NCBI RefSeq assembly: GCF_006345805.1
Contig: NC_042997.1
Coordinates: forward strand, 80,848,001 to 80,912,000
DNA length: 64,000 nt
Direction of reading: 5' to 3'
Source of the DNA: Octopus sinensis
Taxonomy: Eukaryota
Part shown: one piece after another, positions 14,333 to 26,740 of the stretch
How positions within the stretch are numbered: the first letter of the stretch is position 1
Layout of the letters: each line of letters opens with the position of its first letter
Translations under genes and position numbers: made by a program
Notes under the pieces: generated by a model
The model's database searches: none
What the model was told of the DNA's origin: nothing
What the model saw: only the letters and a program-made list of their open reading frames with translations

Positions 14333-14395
14333 TTATAGTTCTCAGAGTTTTGAATGTCGGAGTGAAGAGCTATGATGCATTCTCATCGGCTACTA
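14333..14395 (-). ncRNA. Degenerate type-I hammerhead ribozyme motif
   Basis: Minus strand: gtag CCGATGA gaatg...cattc AAAA ctctgag AA ctat. Stem II is perfect (5 bp); there are three core substitutions. Confidence 0.4.
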
Positions 14396-15234
14396 ATGGC
14401 AATAGATGCCAAGAAAAACCACTGAATAAAAGAGAAGTTACTCTAATAGGTAAAAAAAAGGAAAAAGATAAAAAATACACACAACCATATTCTCACAATA
14501 CAATGACATAAAACCTCTTGCATTCATAACGTCTACATATGTACGCACTCACACAAACATGTATATGTACATGCACATATACACACAACCATATATGTGC
14601 ATGTACGTAGTCATGCATACACACATGCACATAGGTGTCTGCATGCATACATATATATTTAGACATACATATAAATATACGTGTGTATATATATATATAT
14701 ATATATATGTCAGAATCTGTTTTGGGTGTGAAAAGACACCTGAATTTCAAAACGTGTAGTTTCTTTTAAATTTTGTAAAGATTATTCAAATACCAAACCA
14801 GTTTCAACAACTTTTTGTTTATCAATGGTAAAGAATAAAAGAGTAAATATGAAAAAGGATTTAGGAGAGTTTAAAGTTACAAGAGAAAATTCAGGAAAAC
14901 ATGTTTAAATATCAAATGTTCATAGAAATTCCAATGAGTTTTTCAGGTAAGGACAATAATGTAAGTTTAAATGTTCAATGAAGTTCAAAACAGACACACA
15001 TGATTGAAAGTCAGTAATATTGAGTTATATTAACAATTAAATACATTGAGGTCTTTAAAAAAAAGAGCGAGAGAAAAAATGGAGAGAAAGAGTAAAGTTT
15101 CTTTACAATCTCTATTGTAGTGCATGAAGGAGCATTGTTTGTTATTATTCGCTGGTTTTGTTTGTGAAAGTTCAAAATGTTTTAAGTTAAAGTTGTTTAG
15201 TGTACATATACATGTTTTTACCATAAAGGATCAA

Positions 15235-15420
15235 GTTGTGATTGTTTCAATCAATGGACTGTAGCCATGCTGGGGCACTACCTTGAAAGATTTTAGTTGA
15301 ACAAATCAATCCCATTACTTATTCTAATGGTCTCTTTTGCTGAACCACTAAGTTACAGGAATGCAATCAAACAAACTCTGGTTGTCAAGTCATGTTAGGG
15401 TACACAAAAGCACACACACA
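15235..15420 (-). mobile_element. SINE 3' half with CR1-type tail
   Basis: Tail gtttcaatcaatggactgtagccatgctggggcactacc is related to the copies at 25.1 and 27.6 kb. Confidence 0.7.
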
Positions 15421-15438
15421 TAGCTACAGACGTATATA

Positions 15439-15486
<48 letters not shown>

Positions 15487-15633
15487 ACAGTTTGAGGAGG
15501 TATATGGCATTTACCATTAGAGTCTATGAGCTGTCCATAAAGCTAAATGCTTTGTGGATGCAGAGCCATTGGTCACTCTGTGACTGGACATATACTTAAC
15601 TGCATATAATTATATATATTTTTTTTTTTTTTT

Positions 15634-18384
15634 TACTTGTTTCAGCCATCCGGCTGAGGCCATGCTGGGGCACCGCCCTTGTTGCTACCCTCTCTAAGTC
15701 CAGTTTGCCGTGGCTGGCCACTGATCTAAGAGAGAGTTTGTAGCTGCTGCCCTTAGGTTACCTTCGTACCTTGCAGTGGGTTCATCTGGGATCCCGGAAA
15801 GCAGCTTGTCTAGATGTTTTTTGAAAATGTCCACATCCGCATCATGTAGATCTCTTAGTTTTCTTGGCAGTTTGTTGAACAGCTGAGGGCCCCTGAACCC
15901 CAGGCTATTACAGTATCTGCTCCTTACCCTGGATGTGGAAGACGGGACCTTTGGCACCACACAGTGACGTCCTGTACGGGGATTGGAACAGCTCTCAATT
16001 CCAAAATTTGGTGCTAGTCCCTCCAGGATTTTCCATATGTATATCACTGCATATCTCTCTCGTCTTCGTTCCAAGGAGTACAAATTGAGTTCCCTAAGCC
16101 TCTCCCAATAGTTCTTTTCTTTCATGGTGGAAATCCTCTTGGTGAAATGTCTTTGGATTGTCTCAAGCTCTGTGGTTAGTTTGACACTATGCGGTGACCA
16201 CAGTTGGGAGCAGTAGTCCAGGCGGCTTAGGACAAATGTCCTCCATAGTGTCAACATGGTCTCGCAGTCTCTTGTCCGGAATGTCCTCAAGATCCAGCCA
16301 GTGAGTCGTCTGCACATTGTCGCCACCTTCGCGATGTGTGAAGAAAAAGATGCATCGTCACTCATGTCTATCCCCAGGTCCCGTATTGATTTCGATACTG
16401 GGATTTCGATCCCTCCTGGACCAGTATAGTTGTGTTGTAATGTATATGTGTTTACAGCTTGATATTGTAAGGCTTGAAATTTACCAGCATTAAATTGCAT
16501 GTTGTTGTCTTCAGCCCATTTGTATATGGCATCCAGATCTTATTGTAAAAGGTCAGCATCAGCTGGGTTTTTGATTGCCTGTGCTACCTTTGTGTCATCA
16601 GCATAGCTAGTGAGGGATGTTGTTTGTGCTACCAAGGGCATGTCAGAGAGCGCCACCAAAAACAGCAAGGGTCCCAAGACTGTGCCCTGTGGCACCCCGC
16701 TTGCTATTGGTGTCTTTCCCGAGAGGGCTCCATTGGCTGCAACCATCTGGCTTCTGTCCTTCAGGAAGTCATGTATCCACTCACCTACTTTTCCTGTTAT
16801 GCCGAGTCTGAGTAATTTGTGACATATCACTCCGTGGTCGACTTTGTCAAAGGCCTTCGCAAAGTCGAGATATACCACATCCACCTGTGAGCGATCCAGT
16901 AGTTGTTTCAGTACCCAGTTGTAGTGTTGTAACAGCTGCGTAAGGCAGCTTCTTCCTGGGCGAAAGCCATGCTGTGTGTCAGTGAGACGGTTAGTTTCTT
17001 CGAGGAACGTGATCAGTTTTTTTCTGATGATTCGTTCCATGACCTTACTTATGTGTGACGTCAGGGAGACTGGCCTGTAGTTTTTGGCCTCTGCTCTACT
17101 CCCTCCTTTGTGGATAGGGCATATGGTGCCTTCTTTTAGCGCCCTGGGCAGTTTACCGTTAGCCAAGGAACCACTGAAGAGCTTCTTCAGTGGTCCCGCT
17201 AGGGCATGCCTGCATGTTTTTAGGAGGACTGCTGGGAATCCATCTGGTCCAGCAGCTGAGTTTATTCTCATTTCTTCTATGGCAGATATTACATCCCTCT
17301 CTGTTATGTCTATGTGGTCGATGGTTGTTGTTTGGTTTTGGAGTGTTGTGGCATCAAAGAAAACTTCTGGGTTTGTGATTTGCATGTGCCCCAGAGGGGA
17401 TGTGAACACACTTTTATACTGTTCCTTTAGTATTTCACTTATCCCTTGGGGGTCCTCAGTTAGAGAGCCCTTTTTATCAAAGAGTGGGCCAATCTTGCAG
17501 TGTACCGAGGTGGTTTCTTTCGCAAATTTAAAGAAGGCTTTAGGGTTTGTTTTAATATTCTCTATGGCCCTGGCTTCTCTCTCTGCCCTCTCCTTCTCAT
17601 AGGAAAGTTTGAGTGCAGTTTCCGTTTCAAAAAGTTTCAGGTGGAGTCCCTCATTGTTTCTCTGCCGTGCATTCAGTTGCTTCGAGAGCTTAGCTCTTCG
17701 CCTCATAAGTATTTTCCTGTCTCTGGGAATAACGTTCCTATGCCCGCTGGCTTTTTTCTCCGGGACAAACTTATGGCATATGTTCTGTATTGTTGTCATG
17801 AAATGTTGGAAATGTGTGTTGGTGTCTTGTGTGGTGATGAAGTCACTCCAGTCATGTTTTCGGATCTCTTCGTTGATCTTCTTCCAGTTTGCCTTATGGA
17901 AGTTTAGACTGGATAGGCCTGTGGTATTTTCTAATGGCTGCGTCTCAACTAACTCTCTCATACCATATATCATTACCTCTACTAAGTTGTGATCTGAGAG
18001 AATTGTTGGTGTTACCATTATGTTGTGGATGAGCATCGGGTTGCTTGTGAAACAGAGGTCCAAGACATTCTCACCTCTTGTTGGCCAAAGCACTGCTTGC
18101 TCCATGAAAAACTTGCGTGTGAGAGCCAACAAGGACTCTGTCTGTCTCTGTTCAAGTGATGTCATTCCAGGGAGGAGATGGCCATCTGGCCATTTGACTT
18201 TCGGAAGGTTAAAATCTCCCAGCAGTAGAATGGTGTTACCCTGGTCCAGTTTGTCCAGGACTTCTTCTATTCTTCTAAGGCTATCTTCAAACACTCCTTC
18301 ATGACTAGGGGTGTCTGGTGGCCGATATGTGACACATATTACTATTTTCGGTTGTTTCATGTGTACTATCAGTGTGTCACAGAC
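15634..18384 (-). mobile_element. CR1-group LINE, 5'-truncated; ORF2 (partial APE plus RT) open except for one in-frame TAA at 16540-16542
   Basis: YRPP, GDFNLP, DLCFT, SDHNLV (endonuclease); GPDG, YRPVSLTS, QHGFRPGRSC, YLDFAKAFDKVDH, GVPQGTVLGPLLF, YADD (RT). ORF 15694-16500 is in the same frame. 3' stem-loop and A-tail at 15620-15677. The MYVYM N-terminus in the ORF track is translated (TA)n. Confidence 0.95.
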
Positions 18385-18695
18385 TATATATATATATATA
18401 TATATATCATATAAATAATATATAAATATATGCATATATACATACATATATGTACAAACCTACATATGTATATATACATGCATATATGGGTACAGGACAC
18501 CAATAAAACGTTGAACAATGAGAAACGCAAACATAAAAAACAAAAACATAGAAAACGAACTTTTTTCTGAACAATGGAAAAAACAAACAGAGAAACAAGA
18601 CATGCAACATAAAGAACATTCCCTTCATCAGTTGTCCCCTGTTTTATCTACTCCAGATTTCGAAGGTAAGGACACTACGTGACTTCATTAAAACA

Positions 18696-18763
<68 letters not shown>

Positions 18764-18764
18764 G

Positions 18765-19470
18765 AAATACATCAAGAGGCTTCTAAATAGGAAAGCCTTG
18801 TGCTAGAAAGAGCAGTAGAAAACTCAAACCACTAATTAAGGATAAATTCTCGAAAGGAATGAAAATTAAAAACGTTTACCACCTCAATTATTTCCCAGAC
18901 CATGGTTTCTAACTATTTCCAACCAAAGAATATTCTATGTGAATAATATATAGTCTAATGACTAATTCGTATTGTGCTAGGCCACTGGTAATAGTAATTT
19001 CTTATTACCCTATTGTTATTTATTATGTTTAAATATTCTTTGATAAATTTGTTCGAAATTTTACCGGCATCCTCTCTGTCGCCAGAAATAATCTGCGTCT
19101 GCTCAGTGGTCTGAAAAGTTAGAATATACAGGCAGTTAGTTTTACATGTGGATCTGGCTGTGTGTATATTTGAAATCCAAAGGCTTTCCTACTGATGAAA
19201 ACTGGCCTCAGTAAATATTTTTTTGCTAGAAATAGTTAGAAACCATGGTCTGGGAAATAATTGAGATGGCAAACGTTTTTAATTTTCATTCCTTTCGAGA
19301 ATTTATCCTTAATTAGTGGTTTGAGTTTTCTACTGCTCTTTGTAGCACAAGGCTTTCCTATTTAGAAGCCTCTTGATGTATTTCTTTGTGAATAATATGT
19401 AGTCTAATGACTAATTCGTTTTGTGCTAGGCCACTGGTAATAATAATTTCTTATTACTCTATTGTTTTAT
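18765..19470 (+). mobile_element. Non-autonomous Penelope-like/retrozyme-like unit: inverted partial pLTR plus tandem pLTR, with hammerhead
   Basis: 18765-18915 is inverted relative to ~19230-19385. ~18930-19020 is directly repeated at ~19385-19470. Hammerhead motif inside; (TA)n on both flanks; no ORF. Confidence 0.75.
19185..19257 (+). ncRNA. Type-I minimal hammerhead ribozyme motif (HHR-1)
   Basis: Stem I tttccta/tgggaaa (7 bp); CTGATGA 19192-19198; long stem II; GAAA 19239-19242; palindromic stem III accatggt; GTC cleavage triplet ending at 19250. Confidence 0.8.
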
Positions 19471-19691
19471 ATATATTTATATATATACATACAATGCACG
19501 TCTTTCAGTTTCTGTCTACCAAATTCACTCACAAAGCTTTGGTTGGCTCAGGACTAGAGTAGAAGACACATACTCAATGTGTAATGTAGTGGGACAGAAC
19601 ACAGAACCATGCCTATCATGTCTATAATGTAGCTATCTATCTGTCTGTCTGTCAGTCACTATATATATATCTATATAGTTATCTATATATC

Positions 19692-19723
<32 letters not shown>

Positions 19724-19730
19724 TGTATGT

Positions 19731-22700
19731 CAGGTCACTTTCAAGTGCTACTGGTAACATGTAACCCAGTACAACCTTTTGCATGGTCGGCGACTAAACC
19801 GGCAACCCCACCAAGCTTGCTTATTGGACACCCTGCGGGATGAAAAACAAAACCCGTCGAAGGGTGGAGGACCTCTTGAGAGTCAACGGCCATCCAATAA
19901 ATGTTTGCACGGGTACGCAGAAATTCTGGGATGGTGTCTGGCGTGCTGAAAGACCACTGGGAGTGAGGCGCCCCTCAGCTTTTGTTAAAGCATGCCTCTA
20001 GGAGAAGGTCACTCTGATATAAAACCAGATATGCAGGGAATGGCATTGGACATTTTGGGGATCTTTGGTTTGTGCTAGAGATCACAGCGCTCCCACATCC
20101 CTGAGCCTGCGACTCGTATTGGCACCAGACATCTTGCTCCGGCTTGTCTCTGGATAATGTTAATAAAGTGGAGAGGGTCTATGAGGTGTTGTGCAAGCCT
20201 TACTGGACCTAAAACTCTGCACAGGCATTGCTGACTTCTGCTCAATATGTGCATTTAAAAATTTTTTTTTATTCTATATATATTTATCTTATTTTTAGTA
20301 TATATTTTCTTCATTTTTAGTATATATTTTTATTCATTTTTTTTTTTTCGGAAGTCCTGCGGCGATGGGAAGATGGTGAAGCATGCAGACCTGACGGTTT
20401 GGAAGCATGTAGTCAGCGACCTGCACGTAGGTGGCCCATGCTAGATATAAAGTCGTCTCCTTGTCGCCCAAGACAACGGTAGGATTCGGCTGCTGCATGG
20501 GTGTCTGAGCAGCTCCATTTCGAGAGGGCACTGCTCAACTGGAGACCGGGGAGGTTCTAGAAAAGGTGAACCAAAAATTGCCTGTCTTTCCATATCTGGT
20601 CAGTTTAGTGCGACTGACGGATGTCCACCCTGCGCTTGAAAAACAAAGAGTCTTTTATCTATAAAATCAGGACGGAACTTAAACATTTCATGTTGGAATG
20701 TGCGCACTATGTTGGACAACAAGAGTGATTGCAGGCCTGAAAGACGCACTGCACTTGTTGCTCGTGATCTGAACCGTTATAAAATTGATATAGCTGCACT
20801 CTCAGAGACTCATATAGAAGGTGATGGTCAGCTTGAGGAAGTAGGAGGTGGATACACCTTTTTTTGGAAAGGAAGGCAAAAGGAGGAGCGCAGAGAGGCT
20901 GGTGTTGGTTTTGCAGTCCGATCTGATATCCTTAAGAAGTTGGAAGAGCTCCCTGTTACTATAAATGAACGTATAATGACCCTACGGTTGCACTTGAAAG
21001 GTACACTTTGACTAGCTGTGATGAAGATAAAACAATCTTCTATACCCAACTGAGAGCCATACTTAGAAAAATCCCCAATTCTGATAAAGTCATTCTACGG
21101 GGGGGATTTTAATGCCAGAGTTGGAACAGACTGGCAAACATGGAACTCTCTAGGACATTTTGGAGTAGGGAAGATGAATAGCAATGGTCTCATGCTACTG
21201 GAGCTTTGCAAAGAACATGGACTTTACATTGCAAGCACTCATTTTGTGCACAAAGGTGATCACACAACAACATGGATGCATCCAAGGTCCAAAGTCTGGC
21301 ACTTGCTGGATTATGTCAATATCCGCAAGCGCGACATTTATGACATTTGTAATGTCAAGTCCTTGCATGGATCAGAATGCTGGACAGACCACAGTCTGGT
21401 GCGAGCAAAGTTCTGAATGGTGATTAGGGCGAAAGAGAGAAGAGGACCAGTCAGCATTTTTCACCGTCTAAATGTCCACAAGGTATATGATGTTGTGGTT
21501 AGGAAAGAGCTTCAGACTCGCTTGTCCAGCATTGAAACTGCTGCAGCATGGGAAGATTTTCGAGACCAGGTTGTTCAATGTGCAGCTGAAACACTGGGGT
21601 ATGTTACCGCCGGACACAGAGACTGGTTCGATGAGAATGATGCTGAAATTCGAATGACTATTAGTGGTAAAGCGCCATGCCCACAGTGTGTTGCTGCACA
21701 GAGAACTGTCTACTGTGCAGCGAAGTCTAGCACTTGCTCACTATAACAGTGTTAAATCACTACTGCAGCGATCTCTCAGGAAGATGCAGAACACTTGGTG
21801 GGAGGATCTTGCTCGTGATGTTCAGGCTGCTGCTGATGCAAATGACAGCAAGAAGCTTTACCATCTTATGAAGCGAGGTCATGGACCTAAGAGCTCCACA
21901 TCAGCTCCTTTGCTTTCCAAGGAGTCTTCCACCCTGTTTACTAAATCAACAGAAATCACAGGTCGCTGGATCGAACACTTCTCTGAACTCCTAAACCATG
22001 AGTCAGTTGTGGATGAAACAGTGATTGATACTATGAAACAAAGACCTATCATTGGCTCTTTAGACTCCTTGCCCTCAATTGATGAAGTAATGACATCAAT
22101 AAGTAAATTGAATCTTGGTAGGGCACCTGGAAAGGATGGAATTTGTACTGAGGTCTTGCGATTTGGTGGTAATTGCATCACACAGTCCCTTCATGAACTT
22201 ATTAGTCCAGTCTGGAGGGATGGTGCATCATTCTCATCGAACCAGTTCCTAAGGACTGGAAGGATGCAATTATTCTTACTCTATATAAAGGAAAAGGAGC
22301 CAGAACTACAGAGGTATTGCTCTACTATCAGCTGCTGGCAAGGTTCTGGCAAATATTCTTCTTGCCCGTTTGAATGGGTGTCTCGTAAATGATGTCCTAT
22401 CTGAATCTCAATGTGGCTTCTGATAGAGGGACAATGGATATGATTTTCAGAGCAAGACTGATGCAGGAGAAGTGCTATGAGCAGAATATGGATCTTGTCC
22501 AGGTATTCATTGATTCAACTAAGGCCTTTGATACAGTAAATAGGGCCTTTCTATGGAAAATACTTGGCAAACTTGGATGTGCGGATCACTTTGTATCTAT
22601 AATTAAATCATTTCATGATGGGATGGAGGCTTGGGTCAATGTTGGTGGTGCCATGGCGGGACCCATTCCTGTAGAGAATGGTGTCAAGCAGGGTGACATC

Positions 22701-23896
22701 CTTGCCCCAACTCTCTTTTCTTTGTACTTTGCTGCTACTTTTACTCATGCTTTTGCTAAGTTTAGCTCTCTGGGAATATGTGTCCGATATCGATCTTCTG
22801 GCTGCCTCTTTAATTTTCGCCAATTTGCTGCCAATTCAAAGGTTTCCCAGTCTATTATTCGTGACCTCCTTTATGCAGATGACTGTGACATAGTCACTCA
22901 TACAGTGGATGACATGCAAATACTCATGAATTGCATTTCTGATTCTTGCAGAGCATTTGGACTCAGCATTAGCCTGGACAAGACTGTTGCAATGTTCCAG
23001 CCTGCACCAGGAAATCCATATATAGAACCAGCTATCTTAGTTGAACGAACAATTCTGAAGGTAGTAGACAAGTTTGTCTACCTGGGCAGCACACTCAGCC
23101 TTTCTTGCTCCCCAGATGAGGAAATATCTTTCAGGTTGCAGAGAGGAACTAATTCCTTCCGGTCTCTTCAATCTCGTGTCTGGTCCCAACATGGCATCAC
23201 AAGGAGAACAAAAGTTGCTGTGTACCGTGCTTGTGTACTGACATTGCCTCTCTACTCATGTGAGACATGGACTCTGTACAAACGTCAGGTAAGGGTCCTT
23301 GAACGTTTTCATCAGAGATGTCTCAGACACATTCTCAATGTTGGCTGGACCTCAAAAACTCCAGACACACAGATCTTGAGGACAGTTGATATCTTGAGTA
23401 TTGAGGTGATGGGGCACAAGCACCGGTTACATTGGACTGGACACCTTATTTGAATGAAGGATAGAAGGATTCCTAAGCAGATGCTCTATGGAGAACTTGT
23501 GAATGGAAAGAGACTCCGGCAGAAACCAAGGCTGTGATTTAAGGACTGTGTCAAGTTCTCATTAAAGGCCTGTGATATGCAGGACACTGACTGGGAGAAC
23601 AATGCCAGTCATCGCCACAGATAGAGGAAGCAGGTTAAGGAGGGGATTGACACTTTTGAGAGAGCACGTATCCAGCATGAAGAACTTAAGCGAGCTGCTT
23701 GAAAGTGCACGGCTCATATAGTGAATGGGGAAAGCTTGGTCTGCAATATTTGCAGTCGTGTATGCTTGTCAAGAGCAGGGCTCATTAGCCACCAATGGAG
23801 CCGCAAATGCAAAATATAAGTTAGTCCTAGAGTGCACCATGTTCCTGAAGGTCGGCAATGGTCTTCCTTGGTCACGAGTAGATGGCCATCACATCA
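19731..23896 (+). mobile_element. RTE (BovB-like) LINE, apparently full length, with a multiply frameshifted ORF
   Basis: RPERRTALVARDLNRYKIDIAALSET (20700-21011), HPRSKVWHLLDY, WTDHSLV, RAPGKDGI, FIDSTKAFDTV, GVKQGDILAPTLF, LLYADD, FVYLGS, and a C-terminal C2H2-like CNICSRVC..GLISH remnant. (ATGT)n on both sides. Confidence 0.9.
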
Positions 23897-24774
23897 TGTA
23901 TGTATGTATGTATGTATGTATGTATGTATGTATGTATGTATGTATGCATGCATGCATGCATGTACATATATATATATGTTTGTATCCATGCATGTATAAA
24001 GTGCTTATAAGATAAGAGACTAGTCCATCAAAACAGATAAAGCTTCTCTTTCACCTGCAGGGGAATCTTCTTGTTTACGATAATATTTGTAAACTTACAG
24101 ACTACCTAGTTCTGAAAGACAACTTTTGAAAATTTCTCAATGAAATTATCATATTTATCCTGGATATAAGATATAAACATTGATTACAAATTGTTCTAAG
24201 AAAGTACACAAAAAATGGGGAAATTCTTATCTCAGCAGCTCAAATTCAAGAACATATAATATTCTTTTATTGCACATCATTTTATTAATGCTTTCATCTA
24301 GAAATTACACAAAAATATAATATATAATATATGTATGTATGTGTGTGTGTGTGTGTGCGTGCGTGCGTACATGTTAGATAATAAAACAAATGATTTATAC
24401 TTGGTAGCTCACTGGTGAAGCATGATAAATTTCACAGTCGTTATGTATTTGGTTAATGAGAGATGGCAGATGGAAGATACGAGAATTTTTATTAATCAAT
24501 ATGTTTGTTTCAACCCATCTAGCATCGATCCCTCATGGGTGAATACTTAACAACAGGTTTAGGAGCATCCAATATTGCAGATGTGTCTCTTCAAGTGATA
24601 AATAGATATAATTTCCTAAAATAACAGTTCTGCAATGTATCTTTTCAGTTTATCTTCATTTATATAGAAGATCAATAATAAAATAACAGATGCAAAAAAG
24701 AAATGAACATGTAATACAGTGAAAAAAGAATAAGACATTTGCCCAAAGTGACACACAGTGGGACTGAACCTGGA

Positions 24775-25180
24775 ACCATGTGGTTAAGAAGCTTGCTTCC
24801 CAACCACATGGTTTCAGGCTCACTACAATTGTGTGGCACCTTGGGCAAGTGTCTTATACTATAGCCTAGGGCTGACCAAAGCGTTCAAAGCGTTTGGTAG
24901 ACAGAAACTAAAAGAAGCCCATCGTATATATACATATATATATGTAATCATTTATGTGTGTGTGTGTGTGTTTGTGCTTGTCCCCTAGCCATTGCTTGAC
25001 AACTGATGTTGGTGTCTTTACATCCCTGTAACTTAGTGGTTCAGCAAAAGAGACTCATAGAACAAGTACTAAGCTTGCAAAGAACAAGCCCTCGGGTCAA
25101 TTTCTCTGACTAAAGGCAGTGCTCCAGCATGACCACAGTCGAATGACTGAAACAAGTAAAAAAAATAAAAGAATAAGAGA
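24775..25180 (+). mobile_element. tRNA-head SINE with CR1-type 3' stem-loop tail
   Basis: gtggttaagaagcttgcttcccaaccac head, ggtagacagaaactaaaagaagccc core, ggcagtgctccagcatgaccacagtcgaatgactgaaacaagt tail. Confidence 0.8.
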
Positions 25181-25576
25181 ATAACCATTAATGGATGTGG
25201 ATGCATGAATGTACTTGTGTAAGTTGTATGGCACATGTATATTTGCTCATATACATGCATATATATATAATGTTTATACATGTATGTTTATATATATATA
25301 CGTGTGTGTGTGAGATCATCATTTCAACATCCACTGTTCCATGCTTGTATGGGTTAGATGGAGTCTATTGAGGTACATTTTCCAAGGCTGCCTGCCTTTT
25401 CTGTTGCCAACCCTTATCTGTTTACAAGTAAGGTAATATTTCACCACAACCAGAAATGTTTTCACAGAATAATGAAAATTCTGACATTCATTTACAATAT
25501 TACATGATGTCCTGACAAGGAAACACAAACAAACATACACTCACACACATATATATATTGTAACATGATGATGATG

Positions 25577-25800
25577 TATCTAATCTATTATATAAAATAT
25601 CCATTCTGTCTGTCTGTCTGTGTCTTCTAGGATCTTGGGCATCCTCCATCTGATTGCACTCAAATTTGATATATAGATACCGACAGGTATCAGGGCATGT
25701 ATAAGTCTTGAAAAAATTACAAAAATCGATTCCTGGTGAGAATGCAATCGATAAAGCCGTGGGAAGGGGCATTTGTATGTGCAAGTACATCAGCTGTTGT
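25577..25800 (+). mobile_element. Helitron/Helentron-like non-autonomous 5' fragment (similar minus-strand ends at ~34800-34855 and ~55330-55485)
   Basis: tctaatctattatataaaa start followed by (CTGT)n, resembling the 5' end of the 41.7-kb Helitron. Confidence 0.4.
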
Positions 25801-26155
25801 GATTGATACTACGCATACGTGAGAAAAATGCATGTGCAGTTTGAACAAAAAAAAGCCAGCTGGCTTGAAATAATGCCACAAAATGCAGTATATTTAAGAG
25901 ACCAAAAAAGTAAGATGCAAAAGAGATATTTTCTTCAAACTTGGCATGAAGGAAGGAAAGACTATTTGGTTTCTCAAAAAGTTTTTTTTTGCCTTAACTT
26001 TGTTTAACAAAATCAAAAATTTTATTGAAATAAAGGCATGCTTAATTACTTTTTAATGAAAATAAAATACTGATTGCTTTTTATTCAGCAGATATGATTC
26101 AGCACTGTCCATTGGACGGTGGTGGTGGTGGTGGGGGGCGTTTTGGTTGTATTAC

Positions 26156-26221
<66 letters not shown>

Positions 26222-26239
26222 GTGTGTATATATATATAT

Positions 26240-26740
26240 AATCAAATCAAATCAAAATAGATGAACATCAATGGAATTTGTATCTTTGCGGTACCAGTGC
26301 CGGTGGCACACAAGAAAACCATCCGAACGTGGCCGTAGCCAGTACCGCATCGACTGGCCTCCGTGCTGTGGGCACGTAAGAAACACCATCCGATCGTGGC
26401 CGTTCGTCAGCCTCGTCTGGCACCTGTGTCGGTGGCACATAAAAACACCATCCGAGCGTGGCCGTTCGCCAGCCTCGTCTGGCACCTGTGTCGGTGGCAC
26501 ATAAAAACACCATCCGAGCGTGGCCGTTCGCCAGCCTCGTCTGGCACCTGTGTCGGTGGCACATAAAATCACCCACTACACTCTCGGAGTGGTTGGCGTT
26601 AGGAAGGGCATCCAGCTGTAGAAACACTGCCAGATCTGACTGGCCTGGTGCAGCCTTCGGGCTCCCCAGACCCCAGTTGAACCGTCCAACCCATGCTAGC
26701 ATGGAAAGCGGACGTTAAATGATGATGATGATGATGATGA
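26240..26740 (+). mobile_element. RTE-3'-end-derived element with internal 62-bp tandem repeats and a (GAT)n tail
   Basis: Period-62 repeats at 26322-26550. Tail ggttggcgttaggaagggcatccagc...ccatgctagcatggaaagcggacgttaaatgatgatg. Related copies at ~29735-30010(-), 34900-35230(-), 37435-37655(+), 41073-41630(+), 60790-60980(-) and 63255-63520(-). Confidence 0.8.

Noticed and set aside
18485-18700. Minus-strand CTGATGA with pairing ggggacaa/ttgtttct and a GTC
   Set aside because: There is no GAAA at the required position, so it is not a complete hammerhead as written.
19731-20100. HDV-like ribozyme in the RTE 5' UTR (known in some RTEs)
   Set aside because: I could not fold a nested double pseudoknot by eye; a descriptor search would be needed.
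24500-24600. Minus-strand TTGAAGA...catc/gatg...TAAA hammerhead-like relic
   Set aside because: Too many core and stem mismatches to support.
26300-26550. CRISPR-like look of the 62-bp repeats (also 41150-41455)
   Set aside because: The 'spacers' are homologous or identical to each other, the array lies inside a retroelement 3' region, and there are no cas genes in this eukaryotic context.
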